From an uncultured Gammaproteobacteria bacterium (lineage in GTDB: Bacteria; Patescibacteriota; Patescibacteriia; 2-12-FULL-60-25), in the NCBI GenBank assembly GCA_964604275.1, contig CAZRYH010000002.1, positions 2,413 through 66,412 on the forward strand: a stretch of DNA of 64,000 nt, read 5' to 3'. Below the pieces are notes generated by a model. The model did not search any database, was not told the origin of the DNA, and worked only from the letters and a program-made list of their open reading frames with translations. Made by a program: the position numbers and the translations under genes. This document shows, in pieces, positions 56,686 through 64,000 of the stretch; positions within the stretch are counted from its first letter, which is position 1; each line of letters opens with the position of its first letter.

Positions 56686-58071
56686 TTATTGGACAACTAT
56701 CAAACGACTTCGCGCTCTTGTATGAGCGACGTAAGAGATTCTGCGCTCCTCCAGCTTGTCATCAGGAGCATCTAAGCCAAGTGAAACGTTGAGGCGACTT
56801 AGGACATCCTTCCTATAAGGTTGCTTGGCATACAGAACCGTATCTGCCTCCATACCTTTAGCCCGATGAACGGTCATGAAGTTGGCAAAGGGATATTCCT
56901 TCTCCCAAGAGGCTAAGTCTACGCCATAGAGGGAATTAGACCGCGACAATACCAAACATGGCCGCCCAAGGGAGGCCAGGAACTGACGGACGCAAACTCC
57001 CCCGAGGCCACCCTTAATAAACTCGACTTCACCGCCTGATTCGTTGGTTAAACCACCGGCTCCCATGCCTCGCATCTGCTTGTTCGCGTATTCGACTATC
57101 TCCCTTCCGCTACGATAGTTAGTGAGCAGGCTTACACGAGCAGAATCACCGAAACGTCCCTCGAAGTTGCGGAAGTAGTCCAAGTTCGATCCAGCAAAGC
57201 CATTGATGGCCTGCCAATCGTCGCCAACACAATACAAGCCCATGGAGGAGTTTCTGTCCCTAAGTTTCTGGACTAAGCGGAAGAATGGACTGGAGAAGTC
57301 TTGGAATTCGTCGATACACAGGAGCTTGATTGAGCCGAAACGGACTGATTGAGAGCCTAAGCGGATTATCTGGCCGTCTTTAATGCTATCGACACCCGTA
57401 AGTGCTGCTTCGATCAGGTCATCGAAATCAATCCGGCCACTGTCCGCAAGGGCCTGCTGGTATCGCTCAAAGACATCAACGGCTAGAGTAGCCAGATTTC
57501 CTTTGCCTTTAGCCCGTTCGTTGGCTTGCTCGGGGGTGAGATTCAGGTGCTTACACTTTGAGATTAAGGCCAAGATGGAATCTCTTAGTCCGTCCTCTTT
57601 GAAGCCATATGGTCTGAGGCAATCCTCTACGATACGTTCCCTTGCCTGCCCGAAGACTAAAGTCCCACGCGCAGGCTGCACGATCGAATGCGCCAAGGCG
57701 TGGAAGGTCGAAGATGGGATCAATTTGGCTCCATATCTATCCATTCTTCGGCCTAAGCCCAAGGCGGCATTACGATTAAACGAGAGTGCTAGGATGTCTG
57801 TCGCCTTAGTGCCTTTATCGAGCTCTAACGCTGCTCTCAAGGCGATGACGGCGGTCTTGCCGGCCCCAGCTCTCGCCGTTACCAGAACATTCTTGTTAGG
57901 GACGCTAAGAGCATCCAGCTTCTCCTTACTCGGGGAAAAACCTGTGATGGACTCAAGCCATATTCTTAAGCGATCGTTATAGGGACCAGTCGGGACCGGC
58001 TGCTCTTTGGCTCTCTTTTGCTCCGCCCACCCAAACGCAAGGACAATGAGGATGATGATTAAGATGGACAT
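56686..58071 (-). CDS. UvrD/Rep-like SF1 helicase with N-terminal hydrophobic anchor
   Basis: TARAGAGKTA, CIDEFQDFS, TVHRAKGMEAD, YVAHTRARS. The N-terminus MSILIIILIVLAFGW is TM-like. Confidence 0.7.
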   Translation of the reverse strand: MSILIIILIVLAFGWAEQKRAKEQPVPTGPYNDRLRIWLESITGFSPSKEKLDALSVPNKNVLVTARAGAGKTAVIALRAALELDKGTKATDILALSFNRNAALGLGRRMDRYGAKLIPSSTFHALAHSIVQPARGTLVFGQARERIVEDCLRPYGFKEDGLRDSILALISKCKHLNLTPEQANERAKGKGNLATLAVDVFERYQQALADSGRIDFDDLIEAALTGVDSIKDGQIIRLGSQSVRFGSIKLLCIDEFQDFSSPFFRLVQKLRDRNSSMGLYCVGDDWQAINGFAGSNLDYFRNFEGRFGDSARVSLLTNYRSGREIVEYANKQMRGMGAGGLTNESGGEVEFIKGGLGGVCVRQFLASLGRPCLVLSRSNSLYGVDLASWEKEYPFANFMTVHRAKGMEADTVLYAKQPYRKDVLSRLNVSLGLDAPDDKLEERRISYVAHTRARSRLIVVQ

Positions 58072-58120
58072 AAAGAAACCGGAGCGACACAGGAATCTGC
58101 ACCGCCCCGGGTCATATGAT

Positions 58121-58807
58121 TTAGTCGGCGTTCTGCTGCCGTATCATCTCACTGATAAACTGACTTGCATCGGCCTTGGATAAGCCTTCTATTACGCCCA
58201 AAGCCCTTTCTCGGTCTTCGGGATCGTCGTATCTTCGCGTTATAAGTTGGACGAGCAAGCCGCGCTGTCTTGGCGTCATACCAGTAGGATCTTCTGCAGG
58301 GGCAGGACTCGCTGTCTCGGGATACGCTTCGGCAGCGGCCATTCCGCCGTGCATAACCTCCTCAGCAGAAGGAGCCGACCAGCCGATCAGGTTGGCTATG
58401 GCCCGATTGGTAGCCCTCGTCTCGGCGATTGCCCTGACATCGCTCGCCTTGGTGAACTTGCGTTCATCCGAGTGGCACGAAGCAAGAGCCGTCATGAACC
58501 GTCCAGATGGTGAGATGGCACGCATGGTGACGAGGTAGGCCATACCATCTTTGAGTTCGATGCGGTCTTCATTGACCAGCTCCGTGCTAATGCCGAAAGC
58601 TAAAGCAAGCTTTCTAAAAGCGGATTTCTTAGCCAGCTTCTCCCCCTTAACCTCGGCGAAGTCGGATGGCTCGAGCAGCTTGACCTTGAGCTCTTGGAAA
58701 TTCTGCCAGGATTGAAGAATCTTTTCATTGGAGGCTACCGGCGAGACCAAAGGGAACTCCTGGTGAAGAGATGCTGTCGGTGGAGCTGTAACTACAGTGG
58801 GTAACAT
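58121..58807 (-). CDS. putative single-strand annealing protein (Rad52/ERF-like core)
   Basis: FRKLALAFGIS..AIAETRATNRAIANLIG resembles the conserved SSAP segment. Weak, called from memory. Confidence 0.35.
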   Translation of the reverse strand: MLPTVVTAPPTASLHQEFPLVSPVASNEKILQSWQNFQELKVKLLEPSDFAEVKGEKLAKKSAFRKLALAFGISTELVNEDRIELKDGMAYLVTMRAISPSGRFMTALASCHSDERKFTKASDVRAIAETRATNRAIANLIGWSAPSAEEVMHGGMAAAEAYPETASPAPAEDPTGMTPRQRGLLVQLITRRYDDPEDRERALGVIEGLSKADASQFISEMIRQQNAD

Positions 58808-58828
58808 ATATTTGGACTAATTAGTTGG

Positions 58829-59011
58829 TTAACTTTCAAAGCCACATTTGCGGCAAACGCAAACCTCCAGGACCCTGTCATGCTCGTTATCAAGCAACGG
58901 GATCCGCTCGAAGCGGTGTTTGCACTCCGACTGGCGCTGACGCCTGCGGGATTCCTGGTATTCGAAGAAATCCTTTTGAAGGAGCCGGACTGGAATTTTG
59001 ATGGACTCCAT
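58829..59011 (-). CDS. small Cys protein
   Basis: ATG at 59011 lies 1 nt after the upstream stop codon. 60 aa, ends in CVCRKCGFES. Confidence 0.35.
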   Translation of the reverse strand: MESIKIPVRLLQKDFFEYQESRRRQRQSECKHRFERIPLLDNEHDRVLEVCVCRKCGFES

Positions 59012-59012
59012 A

Positions 59013-59333
59013 TCAGGAGTTTTGAATCCTCTCGACCTGGCTCTGGTAGAACAGGAAGATCTTCTTGGGATAGCTCTCGATAACTTTTCCCGAGCTGTCC
59101 TTTCTGTCAATCATGGTGATTGATTCCAAAGCCTTCTCGCCCTTCTTAACGATAAATCCATTCTTAATCCAATTTTTGTACGTTCTAGCCGAGCGGCTCG
59201 GTTCATATGAATCGGCAGCCTCAGAGCCATAGCGTTCGCGTATCTGATCGCGGACCATCTTGGCGGTCTTGATACTGCCTCTGTAGCCGTTCGGCACATC
59301 GGCCAAAGCTACTGGCATGGTTTGTTCTGACAT
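59013..59333 (-). CDS. hypothetical protein, ArdC-N/ssDNA-binding-like motif
   Basis: ATG at 59333. RTYKNWIKNGFIVKKGEKA resembles the ArdC N-terminal domain motif. Weak. Confidence 0.35.
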   Translation of the reverse strand: MSEQTMPVALADVPNGYRGSIKTAKMVRDQIRERYGSEAADSYEPSRSARTYKNWIKNGFIVKKGEKALESITMIDRKDSSGKVIESYPKKIFLFYQSQVERIQNS

Positions 59334-59568
59334 ATTGTAATGGCGCAAAATAAATAAGCGGCCCATCCCGTACGCGGAGGGCCAATGGGGTACGCCAACC
59401 CTAGAGAAGAAAAATATGCAAAGCGGGTTATGACAGAGACAGACAAACAAATAGCGGACAACAAATAAGCCATGGGGGGTTCTTGGCTTACCTCCCCTGG
59501 GTTGGATTTAGATGGTGGGGATACCAACTCAGCCGCTCTTTTTCCTATTTTTAGTGTAAAATATAAGC

Positions 59569-60108
59569 ATGAACCACTTACATGAAGGCACTAAAAACGG
59601 TCAAAAAGCACTCCAAGATGAGTACCCTTATTTGAGCATTAATGACTTCAGTAGAGGCCTCCTCAGACATGATGGGGGTGGCGACAGGTGCCTGAAGCTT
59701 CCTGGTTTTGGCGGGCTTGAGATATCGTATGAGGTGAACTTAGACGAAAGCTATTTAGAGTTCTACGGAACGACCAAGCCCTTATACGGTTTTATCAGGC
59801 TCCGATCTTCCGAATCATCTTTCGGTATTCGACCATGGCTCGCTTGCCCAAGCTGTGGCAAACGCAGAGGAAAGCTATATAAATCAGGTAAAGGATTCAG
59901 TTGTCGCATCTGCCTCAACCTAACGTACGCCAGTACCAGATTCCCAAGGAACTGGCCTATTTTCAGCCTTTTCAGCAAGCAGATGCGACTAACCCAACTG
60001 GCAGAGAAAGTTAAGCGCATAACCTACGGCGGACAGCTGACTAGGCGAGCCAGACGCGTCATGACTTTGAGCAAAGCCCTTCAGGTGGATTTAGATGGGC
60101 AGAAATGA
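59569..60108 (+). CDS. hypothetical zinc-ribbon protein
   Basis: 179 aa with CPSCGKR..CRIC. Confidence 0.45.
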   Translation: MNHLHEGTKNGQKALQDEYPYLSINDFSRGLLRHDGGGDRCLKLPGFGGLEISYEVNLDESYLEFYGTTKPLYGFIRLRSSESSFGIRPWLACPSCGKRRGKLYKSGKGFSCRICLNLTYASTRFPRNWPIFSLFSKQMRLTQLAEKVKRITYGGQLTRRARRVMTLSKALQVDLDGQK

Positions 60109-60994
60109 TAGGATTCCACATGATTTAGGTTATTTAGGTCGGAAGGAGAAGGGGGCGGAGAAGCGCACAGAGCCTAGTTTCTATATGCCTACAGTACACA
60201 ACGATATCTATAAAGATTTAACATATCCCTTGTTGGATTTTTTAATTGATAGGCGTCTTGATACGGATTCTAAGGGCAGATACAAGCCAGTCGACATAGA
60301 AGTTGAGGAGCTTGGGCGTTTTTTGGATAGTACCTTTTATAACGTACCTGAAAGGTTAGAAATAAAATGGCAACTGCTTCAAAAGGAATTGGAGGATATA
60401 GCCCAAGATATTGATCCAGCTGGAAATAAGTGTTTGTTAAAAATTGAAACGCCCGACAAGCTCGTTATGCTGGCAAATGGCGATACAGACGGCGGGATAA
60501 TAAGGCTGAGATATTCCAGGGAGGATCTGGAAGAGTATAAAAAATACCTTAAACGCGGCGATATGTTGGCCGCCCAAAGGGACTATTTAGTTCTGGGCGC
60601 TGTTCCTGAGGTTATCGAAGGCCGCGTAATGTGGGGGTACGGGGACGATAAAATACACATTAAAGGACGGGCTGAAAAAAATTATGCGTCACGCCTGTGT
60701 CTGCTTTTGTACGGAAAACCTGCAAAAATTGATGGCGGAAGGGATATGACCATTAAAGAATTTGCGGCGGTTGATCAAGACGAGTTGGGGTACGACGACT
60801 ACGAACCAGGTAAGTCGATAGATATTGGTTACCTCACAAAAATACTGATTCCTGATCTATCAAATTCTGAAATAGCTGGATCGCGTCAAAAAATCAGAAC
60901 GGCAATCGAGGGTCTAAATAAGGCTTTTAAGAAACGGTGGCACAAGGTGCCTTTTAACATCAAAGATAACCAAGTAAAAATCGAGAAGTGGTAA
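60095..60994 (+). CDS. hypothetical protein
   Basis: 299-aa ORF. 14-nt overlap with the upstream gene. A terminator follows at about 61029..61052. Confidence 0.45.
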   Translation: MGRNDRIPHDLGYLGRKEKGAEKRTEPSFYMPTVHNDIYKDLTYPLLDFLIDRRLDTDSKGRYKPVDIEVEELGRFLDSTFYNVPERLEIKWQLLQKELEDIAQDIDPAGNKCLLKIETPDKLVMLANGDTDGGIIRLRYSREDLEEYKKYLKRGDMLAAQRDYLVLGAVPEVIEGRVMWGYGDDKIHIKGRAEKNYASRLCLLLYGKPAKIDGGRDMTIKEFAAVDQDELGYDDYEPGKSIDIGYLTKILIPDLSNSEIAGSRQKIRTAIEGLNKAFKKRWHKVPFNIKDNQVKIEKW

Positions 60995-61159
60995 TTCCGT
61001 AATAAGTTAAATCCTTGTGGACAAGAGCGGCCAAGGCCGTTTTTTTGTTTATACAGCCAAAATACTGCATAAGTTAACTTAACTCAGTTAAGTGAAGTGG
61101 AGAAAAATTATAATGCTCGTACTGATTCAGTAGCTAAATAATGCACTAACCAACTCAGT

Positions 61160-62020
61160 ATGGAAAAGAATCAAAACGCAGAGTGGGCAAAGCAATACTT
61201 AAATCATTATTGGCCGGCAATTCCTCTGGGACAAAAACCAGACCTTTCATGGAAGCAAGCGCTGGTTCCCTGGCAGTCTTACGAAAATATGTTGCCGACG
61301 GAAGCAGATATTGCGTCCTGGTGGAACCAGTGGCCATTTGCAAGGGTCGGCATAATCACGGGGAAGATATCAAAATTAGTGGTCGTCGACATCGACCCAA
61401 GGCATGGCGGAAACCCGAATGAGCTCGACTTACCTCCCACCCTTATCGCCTCAACTGGCGGTGGCGGCTGGCACTACTACTATCGCTATCCGGAGCATAT
61501 GCGTATCAAAAGCCAGTCCGACATCAAAAAAGGGGTTGATATCAGGGCCGAGGGTGGGTTGGTTGTGGCCCCACCGTCAGAACATATCTCTGGAAAGAAA
61601 TACGAATGGCAAGATGAGTTCGATCCATCAATGATCGCTCCATGTCCGGATTGGATTATCGAAATAAACAAAGACATGGCTATTGCGCCATCGAGGATCC
61701 AATCTGCTTCGCCTTTAATTTACGGACGAGATCCGCTAAGCAGGGCTCTAAACGCCCCAATCAATGAAGTCATATGTTATGCGGCAAAAGCAGTTGGCGT
61801 GAGCGTGTCGTTTCGGCAAAACGGCAACAGAACGTGCCAAATAATCGAGGACGGAAGGGTTACATCAGGTTTTATCTCATCGCAAGGGAACTACTGTTAT
61901 TCAGCATCCGGCAAACTGCGCCGTGGGAACCCGATAAATGTCGCTGAATATTACATAAATGTTGTGGGAGGACGTAAGTATAGCCGCTCACAAATAATAA
62001 AAACTATCAACAACTTATGA
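61160..62020 (+). CDS. bifunctional DNA primase/polymerase (PrimPol) domain protein
   Basis: LVVVDIDPRHGG, GGGGWHYYY, DIRAEGGLVVAPPS motifs. Confidence 0.85.
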   Translation: MEKNQNAEWAKQYLNHYWPAIPLGQKPDLSWKQALVPWQSYENMLPTEADIASWWNQWPFARVGIITGKISKLVVVDIDPRHGGNPNELDLPPTLIASTGGGGWHYYYRYPEHMRIKSQSDIKKGVDIRAEGGLVVAPPSEHISGKKYEWQDEFDPSMIAPCPDWIIEINKDMAIAPSRIQSASPLIYGRDPLSRALNAPINEVICYAAKAVGVSVSFRQNGNRTCQIIEDGRVTSGFISSQGNYCYSASGKLRRGNPINVAEYYINVVGGRKYSRSQIIKTINNL

Positions 62021-63021
62021 ATTCAGAGTGTGAATTTCCGATTATCAAGTATAAAGAGCTCTGTTCTATGAATTTGCCAAAAATCAATTATTTAGTGGAG
62101 GGGTTAATTCCAGAAATAGGTTTGACCATGTTTCAAGGTCACCCTGGCACGAACAAATCTTGGTTTGCCTACTATTTAGCCTATTGTGCGGCTAACGGAT
62201 TACCCTTATTGAATACATACAAGACAAAAAAGGCTTCTGTGTTACTAGTATGCCCCGATGACTACCTACCGACCATGCAAGAAAGATTGGCGATCTTAGG
62301 CCTTGATCCCAATGTCGATATTTCGGTGCTAAATCCTGAGAAAATCCTTGACGTAGGTTCGCCGGAATTCGACCGGTTTCTGGATTACATAGAAAAAGAA
62401 AAACACGAGGTCGTGATCATAGATACCTTACGAAACATTCATCGCGCTGATGAAAACGATTCAAGTCAAATGGATATTATCATGCAGAGACTCCGTCTAC
62501 TGGCCAAGAATCGGTGCGTAGTCCTCATCCACCACCTTAATAAAAATACTTTGGTCAACACAGTTGTTGCTTCAAGGGGCTCCACGGTTATACCCGCCGC
62601 CCTGATTTCAGGGTTCAATTTCAAAAAAAATGGAGAGTACCGCTTAAGCCTCACGCAGTTCAAGAATAAAATTGGCAGGCTTCATCCCGAATTACGGCTG
62701 GAATTCAATGAGCAGATGCGAGGCATCGACATATTTAATCTCGATCTATCAAGACCCAAAGAAGAAGTCCAAAGCTCTATCTTGAAAGTGATTAAGGAAG
62801 CCTATGAAGAAAACCCCACACCGGAGTTAACCAAAAATGAATTCAAAGATCTTCTTCATGGAAGTGGCAATGGTGCATATTCCAAGAATGAAATTGATAA
62901 GGCTTATTCAGAATTGATTAAACAGGGCTTCCTTTGCCCGGACGGCATCCGTAGACAGGCTAATCGCATCTGCTACATCAAGAACCCATGCACCAGGACG
63001 ACCGAAACGGAAGCCACTTAG
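62017..63021 (+). CDS. RecA-fold AAA_25/RepA-like ATPase
   Basis: GHPGTNKSWFA (Walker A), VVIIDTLRNIH (Walker B). ATGA overlap with the PrimPol gene. Confidence 0.7.
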   Translation: MNSECEFPIIKYKELCSMNLPKINYLVEGLIPEIGLTMFQGHPGTNKSWFAYYLAYCAANGLPLLNTYKTKKASVLLVCPDDYLPTMQERLAILGLDPNVDISVLNPEKILDVGSPEFDRFLDYIEKEKHEVVIIDTLRNIHRADENDSSQMDIIMQRLRLLAKNRCVVLIHHLNKNTLVNTVVASRGSTVIPAALISGFNFKKNGEYRLSLTQFKNKIGRLHPELRLEFNEQMRGIDIFNLDLSRPKEEVQSSILKVIKEAYEENPTPELTKNEFKDLLHGSGNGAYSKNEIDKAYSELIKQGFLCPDGIRRQANRICYIKNPCTRTTETEAT

Positions 63022-63040
63022 TGGATATGGTTAATAATGT

Positions 63041-63108
63041 AATTACCCAACTGAACCAACTGACGGGTAATACAATTACCCAATTACGAAAATATAGTAG
63101 TTGGTTAG
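63041..63108. repeat. cluster of short direct and inverted repeats (AATTACCCAA x2, CCAACTGA x2, GGGTAAT/ATTACCC)
   Basis: AATTACCCAA at 63041 and 63074. CCAACTGA at 63047 and 63056. GGGTAAT-aca-ATTACCC at 63065..63081. AGTTGG at 63099. Confidence 0.6.
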
Positions 63109-63214
63109 TCGTTAAATCACTTATTAGTCCTACCCCACCTACTCTATACCAACGCTCAATGTGAGTGGCTAGGTTGTAGAGAAAGAGAAGCAACTCAAAT
63201 TTACGCAATATCCC

Positions 63215-63397
63215 ATGCTCACCCTGGATCAATGCCGCAAGCTATTGCCCCCAGGACTCGCCAGCATTACTGACGAGGAGCTTTTGGAAATTCGCAAGCA
63301 GTTATACACAATGGGCAGGCTCGGGCTTGAATCCTTCCTTACGTTGAGCGGTTCGACGAGCTCCCCTTTGGTTATCTATAAAGAGGCCAACGAATGA
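63215..63397 (+). CDS. small hypothetical protein
   Basis: 60-aa ORF directly upstream of the recombinase gene. Confidence 0.3.
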   Translation: MLTLDQCRKLLPPGLASITDEELLEIRKQLYTMGRLGLESFLTLSGSTSSPLVIYKEANE

Positions 63398-63413
63398 GCT
63401 AACCTGTAATAAT

Positions 63414-64000
63414 ATGCCCGCCCAAACCAATATACGACCCAACACCTGCGTCATTTATGTCCGGGTATCCACGACTGAACAGACGGAGGGTACGAGCTTG
63501 GATGTCCAGGAACGCTCCTGTCGTGAATACGCTGACAGAATGGGCTGGGAAGTCTTACGCGTGTTTATTGAGCAAGGCGAGTCGGCCAAGACCGCAGATC
63601 GCACCGAATTTAACAGAGCTATTGCTTTCTGTGGCAATAAAAAACAGACGATCGGATATTTCGTGGTCAATAAGCTTGACCGGTTCGCTAGGTGCCAAGA
63701 CGATCATGTCGGAGTAAGAGGCGTTCTACGACGTTATGGCACGGTACTGCGGTCCGCAACAGAGAACATCGATGACACCCCGATGGGCAAGGTGGTCGAG
63801 GGCATCCTTTCTGTTATTGCTGAGTTTGATAACAATGTTCGCATGGAGCGCACTAAGGGCGGCATGCAGGCTCGGATAAAAGATGGCATTTGGTGCTGGC
63901 AACCGCCTATTGGTTACTTCAAACCCGTAAACGGCAAAGGAACGAACATCGCGCCCGACCCCGTAGCCGGACCGTTGGTGAGGCTGGGATTTGAGGAATA
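63414..64000 (+). CDS. large serine recombinase (partial, continues beyond the window)
   Basis: Hand translation gives MPAQTNIRPNTCVIYVRVSTTEQ..NKLDRFAR..AEFDNNVRMERTKGG. This is a resolvase catalytic domain with no stop codon before position 64000. Confidence 0.85.
   Translation, partial: MPAQTNIRPNTCVIYVRVSTTEQTEGTSLDVQERSCREYADRMGWEVLRVFIEQGESAKTADRTEFNRAIAFCGNKKQTIGYFVVNKLDRFARCQDDHVGVRGVLRRYGTVLRSATENIDDTPMGKVVEGILSVIAEFDNNVRMERTKGGMQARIKDGIWCWQPPIGYFKPVNGKGTNIAPDPVAGPLVRLGFEE

Larger units (their letters stand above)
53100..64000. mobile_element. integrative mobile element (partial), boundaries undefined
   Basis: Serine recombinase, PrimPol, RepA-like ATPase, SSAP-like protein and UvrD-like helicase, all with low GC. 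The right end is outside the window. The left end may lie as far back as about 39.3 kb. Confidence 0.45.

Noticed and set aside
1-64000. Search by eye for CRISPR arrays, rRNA and tRNA genes in all intergenic regions longer than 100 nt.
   Set aside because: I saw no regularly spaced 25-40-nt direct repeats, no GGTTCGAATCC-type T-arms with matching acceptor stems, and no rRNA-like conserved blocks. tRNAscan-SE, Infernal and a CRISPR finder should confirm this.

Overview
This is a 64-kb bacterial segment with two parts that differ in base composition (GC judged by eye, not computed). Positions 1 to about 39.3 kb are GC-richer. They carry housekeeping genes typical of a small-genome, probably uncultivated (CPR/Patescibacteria-like; this is inference) bacterium: rny, truB, hisS, infB, trxA, rpsP, a KH protein, trmD, mdh and an aminotransferase. 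Many small hypothetical and membrane proteins and REP-like palindromes lie between them. At 25.1-30.6 kb on the minus strand sits the most unusual locus, a RiPP-like cluster. It has three radical-SAM/SPASM enzymes, a PqqD-sized ORF, a class I methyltransferase and a PP-loop ATPase. It also has a 46-codon ORF that is missing from the ORF track, has its own near-consensus promoter, and is a candidate precursor peptide. From about 39.3 kb to the window end the GC content drops and the genes are accessory. They include a PrrC/RloC-like AAA ATPase, a tightly packed SNF2-helicase/DUF4391-like/N6-methyltransferase/type III Res operon, and a Zn-ribbon/wHTH/NDT-or-TIR-like protein. An integrative-element module follows: UvrD-like helicase, SSAP-like protein, PrimPol, RepA-like ATPase and a large serine recombinase cut by the window end. 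I recognised no rRNA, tRNA or CRISPR array. Family calls rest on motifs read by eye, and no database search was run.
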